Of a stretch of DNA of 64,000 nt, positions 29,375 through 42,400 are shown piece by piece; position 1 is the stretch's first letter, and each line of letters starts with the position of its first letter. This DNA comes from Proteromonas lacertae. Lineage: Eukaryota. The translations under genes were made by a program, and so were the position numbers. The stretch is taken from NCBI GenBank assembly GCA_002245135.1, contig NGBS01000871.1:186001-250000 (forward strand). Reading direction: 5' to 3'. The notes below the pieces were generated by a model. It did not search any database. It worked only from the letters and a program-made list of their open reading frames with translations, and had not been told where the DNA came from.

Positions 29375-29571
29375 TTTTTCAAACTTAATTCAAGCTTCAT
29401 TCAAGCCTTTGAATTGTTTTTTCATTTTTTGAAGTTGTTTTAGATTAAAATTGAACTTATATTACTCCTTTGGATATTAAATTCTTGATAAAATTAGAAT
29501 TTAATGTGGTTATATTAAAGACAATAATCAAATATTGTTTTAAATTATCTGTATAATATTCATTTATTAAA

Positions 29572-30663
29572 TTATAGATAATAATCAATTTTTTCTGGTG
29601 ATACTTTAATTGCGCCATAGCATATACATAAACAAGCTGGCTTTACCTTTGTTTCTTTACATAATACACAGCTGAAGCACAATAAAGATGTAGATATTAA
29701 CATCTGAATAACAGCCACTACAAAATAAGTAAACATGAAATAGGATATAGGTATTGAAAGTGTTGATAGAAATATCATATATATTATTAAAAGTCTTACA
29801 TAAATAATCCATTTCTCATAACAGCTTGAAATACAAACTAAAATAATACAAACAGTTGAAATTACTGTATTAATAATTGATACAATAAAACCAGCTAAAT
29901 GAATCCATTTAAGCCATGGCATATCAACATAATACTTTGTATCTGAATGTAAATATAGTATTAGGAGTGTTAATGCGTGAATAAAATATAATACTAATAT
30001 AAATTTGACTAATTTTTCATGCTGTGAATCATCTCTCTTTGTTATTAAACAACAATTACTTCTTTTTTGATTTACTATTTCTTCATTATGTATTGTTCTT
30101 CTTTCTGTTTCTTCTGCTTCTCTTTTTTCTCTTTTATGTCTATTAATCATTCCACTTAGTTCATTTAGTGGATTATAGTAATTTTGATTGATCCAACTTT
30201 TTCTATACATCATAACTTTTATTTTTATTTCTCTTTTACCTCCTATTAGTCGATTTGCTGCATAGATCGAATCTTCAGATAAATGAACATGAACTTGGTT
30301 AAGTATTACCTCATTTCTGTCAGTTACATCAAAGAATTTGTTTTCTGATTTAATTAAATAATCAGGAACTTCGATAAACCCAACTTCTTGAGCTGTAGGC
30401 ACTGTAATTACATAATTACAAATATGGTATAATTCTTCTTCCTCTTCTATTGCCCAAGCTTTATTTTTATAATAGTTTGTATATTTTCGCCATTGTGAAT
30501 GCACTTCAAGGAATTTAGATATACAACTAAAACAATGTAAATAATACATCAGTTTAACTCTGCAATCATCTTCTACTTTTGTTGTATGTCCTGTTTCTTT
30601 TATATCTAATTCATGCCTTATTCCTACCTGAGTTCTTGTTGCTTCAACTCCTACTAAAGCCAT
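29572..30663 (-). CDS. Intronless hypothetical protein: globular N-terminal domain, short coiled coil, four C-terminal TM helices
   Basis: Probable start MALVG at 30663 (RGCTTGA motifs just upstream); four hydrophobic segments in the last ~150 aa. Confidence 0.65.
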   Translation of the reverse strand: MALVGVEATRTQVGIRHELDIKETGHTTKVEDDCRVKLMYYLHCFSCISKFLEVHSQWRKYTNYYKNKAWAIEEEEELYHICNYVITVPTAQEVGFIEVPDYLIKSENKFFDVTDRNEVILNQVHVHLSEDSIYAANRLIGGKREIKIKVMMYRKSWINQNYYNPLNELSGMINRHKREKREAEETERRTIHNEEIVNQKRSNCCLITKRDDSQHEKLVKFILVLYFIHALTLLILYLHSDTKYYVDMPWLKWIHLAGFIVSIINTVISTVCIILVCISSCYEKWIIYVRLLIIYMIFLSTLSIPISYFMFTYFVVAVIQMLISTSLLCFSCVLCKETKVKPACLCICYGAIKVSPEKIDYYL

Positions 30664-30795
30664 TTTTCGGTTTAATATTTTCAAGCTTTCAAGCTTGTTT
30701 TTGTTGTAAGAAAAAAAAACAAGCAAACATCATTAAATCAAAATATTATTATGATACTCAATACATCTATTTGACTATAAAATACCTAGATCTAC

Positions 30796-32089
30796 CTAAA
30801 CATAAAAAGTTGAGTGTTTTGGCACTAATAGTATTAATTTGTTGTTATTTCTCTTTATTGATAGACTATGATAACTTCCTCTTCCAATACCACCACCATT
30901 ATTCAAACTGTCAAACATTTTCATTTTCCTTAACTTCCTTTTGTAATCTCTAATATCTTCATAATATATTTTATAAACTTCAACATTATCACTCTTTTTT
31001 TCTAATATACTGGATAAGTCTTCAATATTTATTTCTTTACTTTCTTTTACAACTTCTTTTATTACCATATCATAATTATTCTTAAGTAATGGTTTATAAT
31101 TAATCTCACTCCATTTTCACACTTTTATCATTCAATTTAATATTTAATAAATATTTAGTATAAAATGAATTTGGTGAATTAGCTCTACTTCCAAAGCTTG
31201 TTCCTTTTGAACCAAATGTATAACTTCTACTAACTTCAGGATATATACATACTCTATTCTTACGAATTTTATTATCTCTTAATACCAATCATCCCAATGA
31301 TGCTTTTGGCCATTTATTTCTTATTTCATCCCAAAAGTCTTTTCTCATTAACCATCCTAAACCAGGGAAAAAATCAGTTCTATATAATGCTTCTATTATT
31401 ATTATTATATTAATATATTATATATATTATATACTTGGATTTTCTACATTCTGTGGAAAACCATTATCATTCCAAGCACTAAGACACATTATTCTATTAA
31501 AAAAATATTACATAATTATATTATACGATTTATCTTCACTCATTATATCAGATAAACCATAAAAGAATTCAAGAAAATCATCAGCAAATTCTAAATCATC
31601 TTCTATTACTATTACTTGTTTATAATTCAATTCATCAAATATCTGTTTTAATGCCCAACCATAATGAATTGCTAGTCTTTTATATCCATCTCTGGCTTTT
31701 GCTACTTCATGATTTATATGAATTGTTTTTATTTTCTCTTTATTTTCTTTTATAAAATCTTTTATTACTTTACTTACTTCTTTATCATTTCCATCTTGAC
31801 TAATGACTAAATCTGGCTTTGATGGAGGATTTGGCAAATTGCATAGTTTCAAAACAGATTTTAATGTTCTTTCTAAATACTTATCTCTGTTATAACAAAT
31901 CAACAACATAGCTGTCTTTAGTTTTGAATAATGACTGATTTTCAACTCATTAAACCCATCTATAAGCCAGCTGTTTACATTATTGCCTTTGTATTTTGAC
32001 ATTTTTATTAAATGTGATTTATTTTTACAGAATTTCGATAATGCAATATACACTACACAAAAAGTTAATAAAAGCAAAGTAAACAACAT
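30796..32089 (-). pseudogene. MGAT1: GnT-I (GT13) copy 2, inverted duplicate with four single-base insertions
   Basis: Near-identical to 6435-7680, including introns and 3' flank. Extra bases near 31115, 31280, 31286 and 31299 break the frame. N-terminal TM/stem has diverged. Confidence 0.75.
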
Positions 32090-32652
32090 CTCATTATAAA
32101 TTATAAAAAAAAGAGTAAAAATTGAACTTGACTTTTATCAAGCTCTTTTCATTTTTATTTTGATATTATGTGTTTATTGGCTTATATCCTGTATGAATGG
32201 AAGTAGTGTGATATCAGATTAAATATACGCAACACTGTTGTATATAATAACTCAGTTGCTATAAGTTTTTTTAACTACAAACGTCTAATTCCGGTTTATT
32301 ATTATTCCGCATTGAAACCATCCACATGCCTTAGTCATTTTATATACACTTCATATTGTTATTATAATAACAGTACAAATACTGTACATTTCGATAATGC
32401 AATTATACTTACTATAAAAAAGTGATAAGAATGAAATTAAAATAATGAATGTTTTAATTCTTTTAAATCACCTTCATCATATTTATATATAAGACTGGAC
32501 GTTATTTAATCTGATATAAAGAGTATTAATGGAAAATAAGAAATTGAATAGAGTTAATAGCTTATGTGAATTTAAGAAATTAATTAACAATAATCCCAAC
32601 CTTATCATGTCACAATAAATAATTAACTAAAAAAAAACACATATATAATTTA

Positions 32653-35245
32653 TTAAATTAATAGAGATGCTAATTGATTATTCACACTCTCAGGCAAGAC
32701 AGGTTCTGGTGTTTTAGCACTATTGATCAAATACCCAAATGTCACATTTGCTTCTAATATTGGACTATATAAATTAAAATCTTCTTTATAACATCTTATA
32801 TCTAACCAACTCGATAGTTCTGATAATATTCCATATTTCTTAAACAATTTGAATAATTTTCGAGTATAAAAACCTTTCCACATTTTCTGTATATAAATTG
32901 AACATTTTGTCATATACCATTCTGGTAATCCTTTGATTCCTTCTATACAACTTCCTAATATTGAGATATTATATCCTAAATTAGACATCTTATATTCATT
33001 AGATAATAAATCCCACAATAAATGAAAGATTAATGAAGTGTGCTTCAAGTTTGACAAACACATTACGTATATGAAAATTGGTAATATAGTATCAATCGTT
33101 AAAGATTCGGATGAGATTTTGTGTATTTTCATTTTGTTTATTATATTATCAACTACTTTATTCAGAGTTAATATATAATAATCTAACGAACTTAAATCAT
33201 TCATTATATTTATTAAATCGATTTCACAATTCCAATTCACTTTGGATGGATGAATTTTTCTATTAATATTTAAGATTTTGGCTAATAACAGTGGTTTGTA
33301 TTGTAATATAAATGATTTTACACTTAATATCATTGAATCTTCATCTCTGTATTGCTTATTAGCTATTAAATGAATTTTCTATTTAATTATGAATATTAAT
33401 GAATATATATATATACTTGTAATAGTGGAACAGTTGTAAATTTCATACAGAATAAATAAATACAAGTCCAATCTAATACATTCTTACTTTTACCATATTT
33501 AGATCTTATTAATTCATATAATTTTGTAATAGTTTGATTGATGGCTTGAGTTATTTGAATATAATCATTTTGAGGGTTACTAGTGTTATTATTACTTACA
33601 TTTCCTTTGTTGTTATTAAACCAAATAATATAATCAGATATATGTTGATATTGTGATAATACTATCGAATATTCTCTCATTCTATATTCAATGTTATAAT
33701 CAATTGATTTCTCTATATCTGGTAAAGAAGGGTTGATTAATTCATCACCATTAAAATTGATTTGATTTTCATCATTTTTATTATCTATTATACTAGAATC
33801 TGATAGTTTTTGAATTGGTAATGTGGTTAGCGAAACTATAAAAAATAAAAATGAAATAATAATATATACTTTTTTCTGTTCCTAGTTTTGATATTATATT
33901 TCTCTGTTGATAACAACTTGTACAGACTCTTCTACATTTATCTTTATAAAAAAGTGGTATTCTATATTTAGAACAATCATTACACAGTATCTTTTTACAT
34001 ATTGAACATCGATGTTTCGTTGTAATAAAACTAAATGACATTCCACATCTTTGACAAGCATATATTGAATCTTTTAACGATATATTTTGATTATTATCTG
34101 GAAAATGGCTATAAAAAATTAAATAATATTATATATTTATTTATATACGGTTGTTGTATAGGTTGTTCTAATGATTTATTAAACATTTGAAATACAGAAT
34201 CTATTGCAACTGCAGCTATATAACCAGAATCACATAGATTAGGAATATTATTATTATTATTATTATTATTTTTCAAATTGTTTGTTATATTGGTGATATA
34301 TACATACAATGTAGAATCTATTGGAATTGATGAGAATTTTCCAACTATTCTTTCCCTTTGTTTTTGTAAGAATGTATTTGATAACCAATGGTGTGATCTA
34401 CCTGATAGTAATTCTAACGTTCCAATTCGTTCTTCACCTGTTGTTAAATGAGATGAATTACAGAAGCCAATGAAGGAAATGCGTGGAATTAAATCGAATT
34501 CTATATCATCATCGATTATATCTTTTACTATTGAACCACCTAAATAAATATATAAGAATATAAGAATATACATTCACCACATGCTAGTATGAGTAATGAT
34601 TGACACTTTGTTTTTTTCAATATAAATCGAAATACTGATTTTATATGTTCAAATGGTAAAACTGATTCTGGTGTTGCATTTGGATTGATTATTACTGTTC
34701 CATAACCTTTCTTTTGAGCTCGTTCAAAATAGGGATACATTGAACCAAATCTAAGGCCAGTTTTGATGGAGAGAATGTAACTCCATATACCTATTGATGA
34801 ATCAGGGGAAAGATCTGGAACAATTACCATTAACACTGGAGCTGCATAGTAGTTCCTATTTTATAAAAGTTATATGCAAAGATACTGTGTAAAATAATGA
34901 CTAGAACTGAATGAATAATCCTTTAAGGGAATGGAAATTGGTATAAAGTTGTATCTATAAATTAAATATATTTATCATAATAAAAATATATTGATACTCG
35001 GTGTACATTTGCCTTGTAATGTATTTGGTAAGAGAATTCTGAAAACCTGGCGAAAATAGGAAAGGATCAACACAGGAACTTAGTTGTCTATAATCTGATT
35101 TTTCAGTGTATTTGATATAAAGATGGCCTGATGCATCTGAATAAATAGAGTACTTTTCGTGTTTATCATCTTTATCTATGTGATATTCTATAATCTTTTT
35201 GTATTCAATGACTGGTTTTCCTGCCACTGATATTGCTGAAAACAT
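32653..35245 (-). CDS. Arb2/FAM172A-like + FYVE-like zinc finger + VPS9 + IQ multidomain protein (6 introns)
   Basis: LMVIVP..GIWS..GSMYPYFERAQKKGYGTVIINPN; CQRC..KHRCSICKKILCNDC..RVCTSC; LTIDTILPIFIYVM..LGYNISIL; IQKMWKGFYTRK. All exons splice in frame. Confidence 0.75.
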
Positions 35246-35337
35246 GATATGTTGATTGAATTGAAGAGAGGAAGAAAAAGAAATTGACTTTTGAGCCAAA
35301 GCTTGGCAATAGGTTCGGATCAAATTTCAAATTTAAA

Positions 35338-36724
35338 ATGGATTCTCAAATTTCAGCTCTGCTAGCTGAGGTATTACAAAAAGAAGAAGCAAAACCGAAT
35401 GAATGGAATGCGCTTCATACTATCATATCATTTATAAAAATCCAAGTATAGTTTTAAGATTCTATTTCTAGGCTGAGGATATTTCATTTTTAAAATCACA
35501 ATGTAACTTATTTGTACAATCTCAGAAAGCTTTTGGTGAGTTTATGGAAAGGGTACAAAGTGAATTAGAGATAATAGATACTACTCTAGTTAAAATTGAG
35601 AATCAAATAGAATTACCAGTAGATATAGTTCCAGGGTATAAAAATATCTATTGATTGTTTTAGATATCCAGAGAATAAATCATTAGCAGAAATAGTAATA
35701 GATAATTATGAGACAATTCAGCAGCATTGCAAATTATTAGATACTAAAGTGAATACAGAAGCTTGGCAAAAAGAAAACATAGAAATCGAGAAACAACTAA
35801 ACAATTTAACAGATAGAATTAGTAACACATTATCACCGATGACATTAACAAAAAAGTATTTATCCATATACTTTATTCCTTCAAATCATTAGATTACTAG
35901 AGCAAATAAACGGAATTCAAAAGAAAACTGAAGCATTAGAGTCAATTCTACATCAAAAGACAGATCGATCAGAATTAAACAAATATGAAATACTATATGA
36001 ATCACTAGAAATGAAAGAAAACACATTTAATGATATAAACGACAATATTAATCAATTATCACAACAGATTAATGAAATGTCAGAGTATAATAGTTGTATA
36101 TATAATATAAATAGTGATTATACATCACATAAAGAAGAATATAGTGAAAATATGCAAGTGTTATCATCCATTAACAATATCATTGAGACTTCATCCCTTA
36201 CAAAAGAAATAAATGAAAAAATCAAAGCAAATGAAGAGTTAAACAATAAGCAAATTAGTGAACTATATAATCAACTCAATAATCTCCAATCGTTGTTGGA
36301 AGAATACTCATCATCCAATGAAAATATGGAAAATAAGGTAAATGACAATTACAATACATTAACTGCACAATTAAATGTATTACAATCAGAAATAGTTAAA
36401 AAAGCAGATAAAACATTATTAGAGTTGAAAATCAATAAAGATATTTATGAAAATGAAATTAATAGATTAAAATTATGTTATAATACAACAGCTAGAAAGA
36501 CAGATTGTGAGAAAATTACTCAAACAATCAAAGAAATTATTCAATCAATTCAAACTCTATCAAAAAAGACAGAATATTCAATACGATTTATAGAATGGTT
36601 TTCTGAAAGAGGTGAAGCTTATGAACACAATATTTCCACTATTGAGAGGAATATTAATAATTTGGTACAAACATCTGATCCTAGAATAAGAGAACCTTAT
36701 GATGGGAGAGTTAGATTTACATAA
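35338..36724 (+). CDS. Coiled-coil hypothetical protein (3 introns)
   Basis: ATG at 35338, heptad-rich, with a conserved-looking C-terminal RFIEWFSERGEAYEHN. Confidence 0.65.
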
Positions 36725-36793
36725 TGACATTGACAATAAAATAAAATAATAATTTATTAAATTAATTACTTATTTTTAAGTATTTTTTATTTG

Positions 36794-37165
36794 TTATTTA
36801 TCACACACTATTGAATGAGTCTTTACATCGTAACGTTTCCAACCTGGAGGTTTTGTATTTTCAGTTTCACTATCTTTAGACGGTTTAGAATCGTTGTGAT
36901 AGATGTTTGGCCTGTTATAACCATTCTTATACGCTAATTTGTCATCAAACAGCAATTTTGGTACTTTTCCTATTTCTTCAGCTTCTTCATCTTTTAAATA
37001 TGTTATAAACTTCATAAAATAATAAAAAAGAAGGAAGAAAAACGAAATTAAACAAGAATTCTTACTGGTATTGTAGGATAAGAATTGTATTGAATGACCA
37101 ATCCAAATTAACGCTATTGACACTAAAAACACAATTACTGGGACGTAACCAAACCGAAATTCCAT
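36794..37165 (-). CDS. Small two-TM hypothetical protein
   Basis: 123-aa ORF with two hydrophobic segments; TCAAGCT motif 30 bp upstream. Confidence 0.5.
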   Translation of the reverse strand: MEFRFGYVPVIVFLVSIALIWIGHSIQFLSYNTSKNSCLISFFFLLFYYFMKFITYLKDEEAEEIGKVPKLLFDDKLAYKNGYNRPNIYHNDSKPSKDSETENTKPPGWKRYDVKTHSIVCDK

Positions 37166-37414
37166 TATTCTATAAAAACAAATTCAAATTATTCTCAAGC
37201 TTTTTGTTTTTGTTTTTTTGCTTTTTTACAAGATTTAGTAAAATGTAGAGATATAAAAATCTCCATATCATATATAAAGCATTCATTTTTACAATTTGAT
37301 ATATTTGCAGTTTATTCAATTACAATATAAATCGATGGGTAATGAAAAAGCGAAATGGGTTATTCAAAACATTCAAAATTCAAAATTTCACAGTTTATTT
37401 TTTCAAATTGAAAG

Positions 37415-39235
37415 ATGTATAGAAGAGCTACATTATCAGTTGTTCCAGGTAATGCATGCAGAGAATCTATGGATTATTCTTCAGGGAAGAGTCTAGGAAG
37501 AAAGTCAATGGCTGCTCCATCTAGACCTAGTTCTGGGTATTTTGTATTTTATTATTACTTAGGAGAACTAGTTGTTCTACAACATCAAGAAAATTACAAT
37601 CAAATATAAAATTATACGAATCTAAGAAATATCAAGATGCTGCAGTTGCTAAAGTACTTCAATTTCTAACTGATCGTGCATATGATCAACAAATATCATC
37701 ATCGATATTATCAAGACCGACTGGTGCTCAATACATAAATATACTTCGATTTGTATTAAAGCAACACGATCCCAATTTAATAATAACAGAAAAGAGTAAT
37801 AAAGATATTATTGGTATTCTTAAAAGTTTAAAGTATTTTTCAATATTGTATAATATAATTTAGTTGTCCATGTGCTGTATCACAAACCACATTAAGTTCA
37901 ATTGGTAGTCCTCATACATGGCCAACATTATTGTACATATTAAAATGGTTGGTAGAATTAATTGAATATATACAAAGCACAGAAGGGAATAAATCAAATG
38001 AATGGGATTACCAGTATTATGAATTTTCAGGTGAATCATATAACTACTTTTTAATGGCAAATGACGATAAAGTATTAGAATTAGAAGATGAAATGAAAAA
38101 GAAGTTAGATGAAATAATAAATCAAGCAAATAGTGAATTAGAAGCAGCAATTATTGAAAAACAAGAGTTACAAGATAGATTAAACACATTATCTCGATCA
38201 GGTATGAAGATTCAAGAATTAAAGAAGAGAAATCATGAATTATATGAAGACAAAGCAAAAATGGAAGAATATATTGAACAATATTACAAAAAAATAGATG
38301 AGAAACAAAAAGATTTGAATTTATTAGAAAATGAGGAAAAACAGTTAAATGATAAAAAAGAGGAATTACTTAAAGAAAAAAAGAAATTGGAAGAGCAAAT
38401 AAAATCACAAAAATTCTCACCTCAAGATATACTAAATATGAGAAAAGAAAAGACAATGTTAACTGAAAGTTATAACCAAGCAATAAATGATCAAAATACA
38501 CTAAAAGCTACAAGATTTGAACATAAATCAAAAATGAATGAATATATAAACAAAACGAAAACATTAATTAGAGAATATAATGATTTATGTGCTGAATTGC
38601 TGTTAATACCCACAACTGCTGCTAATGCTAATGGAAATGATTTAAGTGTAGAATTTAGAGATGATTTGTTTGAATCTGGTATTCTTTTTACAAATGACAC
38701 AAAAATGATAAAAACATACTTAAAGCAGTTTAAACAGTATCTTGTAAATGAGACTGAAGAATGTAACAATGAAGTAATGAAAAAAGATGATATTCTAGAT
38801 AAAATAAAGAAGAATCAAAAAACATTGAAAGTCTGTGTTGAACAAATAGAGCAGCAATATCAAAAACTATTAGAAAATAGCGAAAAAGAAGAATCTATGT
38901 TGAAATCAATCTTAGATGGATTGGAACATCAAATAAAAGAAACATTGGACGAAATAGAAGAGTATGAGAATAAAGCAGCAAATTTTGATCAAGAAGTAGC
39001 TAATGATTATGAAACTGTGAGTAAGTTGAGAGAGACTATTGAAATACAGAAAGTACAGAACGAGAATGAGTTGAGAGAATTTTCTAATATAGTTCTACAG
39101 AATTTAGAGATATTATCTAGCCATAAAGAACATATACAAGTATATTATACCTGTTTCACTTTAATTTCTCAATAGGATCAATTAAAATTAGTCGAGACTA
39201 CTTTAGATGAAAAATTGGGAGGCATCAGTCCTTAA
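37415..39235 (+). CDS. NDC80: Kinetochore protein NDC80/HEC1
   Basis: Basic Ser/Arg tail, CH domain (KVLQFLTD..PTG..FVLKQHDPN..SIGSPHTWPTLLYILKWLVEL), long coiled coil with loop; 3 introns. Confidence 0.9.
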
Positions 39236-39496
39236 TAATGTTATATATAATAATACTTATTTTTAATAATTGAATGTTGCTTTTGTTCAAAACAACAAAA
39301 AATTTGAAATATTCATCAAGCCAAACTTATAATTATTGACGTTTTAAAATTTAAGTTGTTAGTGTTTTGTACTTTAGAAAAATTGAATAATCATTTATAT
39401 TTAATTCTTTTAATATAATACAATTATTTATAAATCTTTGTAAAGTAATTGGATAATACAAATAAAATTACAGTTCGTCCTTCAAGTACAATAATA

Positions 39497-42400
39497 ATGG
39501 TATATTTATACATTGTTAATTTTAAATGTATTAGCAAGGGACAGCTAATGATGAGACTAACAGAGATTCTTTAAATAAGAAAGCAGGATCTGGAACAAAT
39601 ACTCATAATAGTGTAAATCCTGTTATAATTCCTCAATCTCGTCCATTGACTGCTAATGCGAATGATCCTAAACGAAAAAGAGAGTCGAGAAGAATGACTA
39701 ATGTATTGGATAAAGTATGCATAGACTAATATATCTAATTCATCTAGCTTGGCTCAGGATGTCTAATAGCAGAAAGATTTAAAATTGTTGAAAAAATAGG
39801 AAATGGTTCATTTGGAGAGAGTATATTTATTTTCTAATTATCTATTAAATAGTCGTAAAAGCAATAGATACAACAAACAATAACGAAGTAGCAATCAAAT
39901 TTGAAAATGCAGCAAATAACCATCCACAATTACATATGGAGATGAAAATATATGATGAATTAAAAGGTAATGTCGGTGTACCAGTAGTATATTACACTGG
40001 AGTACAATACAATTACAATATATTAGTAATGGAATTATTAGGAAAAAATTTAGATTCAATATTTGAAGAACGTAAGAAAAAATTTAACTTAAAAACAGTT
40101 TTACTATTATTCGATCAAATGTTAGATAGAATAGAACTGCTACATGAGCATGGTTTCGTCTACAGAGATATCAAACCAGAGAACTTTATGTTTGGAAATA
40201 ATGATAAAAAGGACATACTATACTTAATAGATTTTGGATTATCCAAGCGATATAGAAGCCAATTAACTAGACAACATATCCCATTCAGAGAAGAATCAAC
40301 ATTAACAGGAACAGCAAGATATTGTAGTATAAATGCACATTCAGGTGAACAATCAAGAAGAGATGATTTAGAAGCAATTGGTTATTTATTAGTATATTTT
40401 ATGAAGGGATGTTTACCATGGCAAGGTTTACCAAGAAACCATCAAATACCACAAATGAAATTAATAGAACAAAAGAAAAGATCAATTCAATTAGAAGATT
40501 TGTGTAGAGATTTACCTGATCCATTTAGACAGTATATTGAATATTGTAGAAACTTGGACTTTAAGAGTAAACCTGATTATAGATATTTGAAGAAATTATT
40601 CCACAAATTGGCTGATTCTCAGAATATTGTATATGATAATATATATGATTGGACACCTACTGCTGAAGTTCAAACTAAGACTCAAGTTTATAAATCAAAA
40701 GCAACTACTAAAGATAATAAACCAAAAACAGCTACAGATACTTGTATATATATATTTTTTAATATTTATTTATGAATAGTGTTGGAAGAAATAGATGAAT
40801 ATCGTGATAAATGTCCTTTGTGCTTATGGAGAACATCAGAAGATGGTGAAAGTAATAATGAACATTATTTTGCATTTCAGGAAGGTATTATTGGTAGTGA
40901 TATTATTCATTGTGAAATATATATTGATAATATTGACACACATCATGCAAGATTGTCATGGGATCAAGCTTGTGGTGGTTATTGTATATGTGATTGTAGT
41001 AAACCTGAATATGGAACTTACTTATTATTATCTGCAGAAAGAAGATGTAGAAAGTATATATATTATTATAATATTTCACTTTTTTTTCTTGTTATTATCA
41101 TTACTTTTCCTCCTTTTCATTATTCTTTTTTATTTTATTCTTATCATAGAACTTTTGAATTAAGAAGAGGTGATAAATTCTACATCAGTGAAGCCAGGAT
41201 TGAAGTAGAAATATTACACATTGAATACCATGCAATCTGTGGAGATGAGAATAATAGAAATACATACAAACCATCCAATCCATCACTCAATAAAGTAGAT
41301 TCAGAGAAATCGGAATTTAGATATAACAGTCTCAATAACAACACAACCAATGATAGTCCCAATAATAATAATAACAATAATAACAATAATAACAATAATA
41401 ATAACAATTTTGATTTACCTAAGCCAAAGAAGAAAAAAGGCCATATTCAATTCAATACAATTACTTATAATGATAATGGAGAAACAGAGAAACTATGTGA
41501 TTCATTTGAAGGTGATGATGCTATTAAATATCAAATAAAGGCAAGTATTTCTGTGAAAATACCTATATATAATGATGATGAAGAAAATGAAGAGATTATT
41601 CAATCATCATCTATGTATTTGAACCAAGCTACACAATTTGAAACAAAGTATATTTTATTTTTTATATTATTTTTATTATTAGAAATTATGAATTAACACA
41701 TGACACTACATTTGGCAGTCTAAAATCAAACGATGTAATTCTTCCAGAAATATGCAGTGGAGTTCATTGCAAAGTTTCAATACAAAATGACAAAATCATA
41801 TTAGAAGATTTAAGTGTAGGAGATCCAACAGGAACAAGGATATTAGTATCAAGACCAGTGGAATTATTTGAAAGAGATATTATAATATTAGGAGACTTAG
41901 AATTAGGTGTAATGCCAATTTCAGATTGTCCAATTTATAGTGCACAATGGATTTCTTGTGCTGTAAGAATTATTCCACTGAGAAAGTCAAAGAGAACTCC
42001 ATTATTGAGTAAAGAAGAAGCAATGTCACAGACTAAAGTATTTCCTATACCAATGGAAGGAGAGATTTTGATTGGAAGAGGAACAGATTGTCAGATTATA
42101 TGTGATGATGTATATATATAATAATTATTATTATTATTATCTATATTTACTATAGTATAAAGTAGCAGAGAAACATGCTTGCATGTATTATGAACCAATA
42201 GAACAGAAATATTATATTGAAAGTTTGGTTATGAGTAGAGCTCAAATTACACAGTTATTATTAGGAAGATCTTCCTCAGCATCTAAAGCGCCTTATAAAT
42301 TGAAAGAATGTATATAAATATATTTTTATATATTTATATTATTATATAGCTGATATATTTTGTGTCGGTTCATCACAAATCCAAATAATCGAAATGAAAG

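Noticed and set aside
34856..34885. Possible GT-AG U12 intron (5' GTATCTTT)
   Set aside because: 30 nt like ordinary introns here and lacks a CTTAA branch box.
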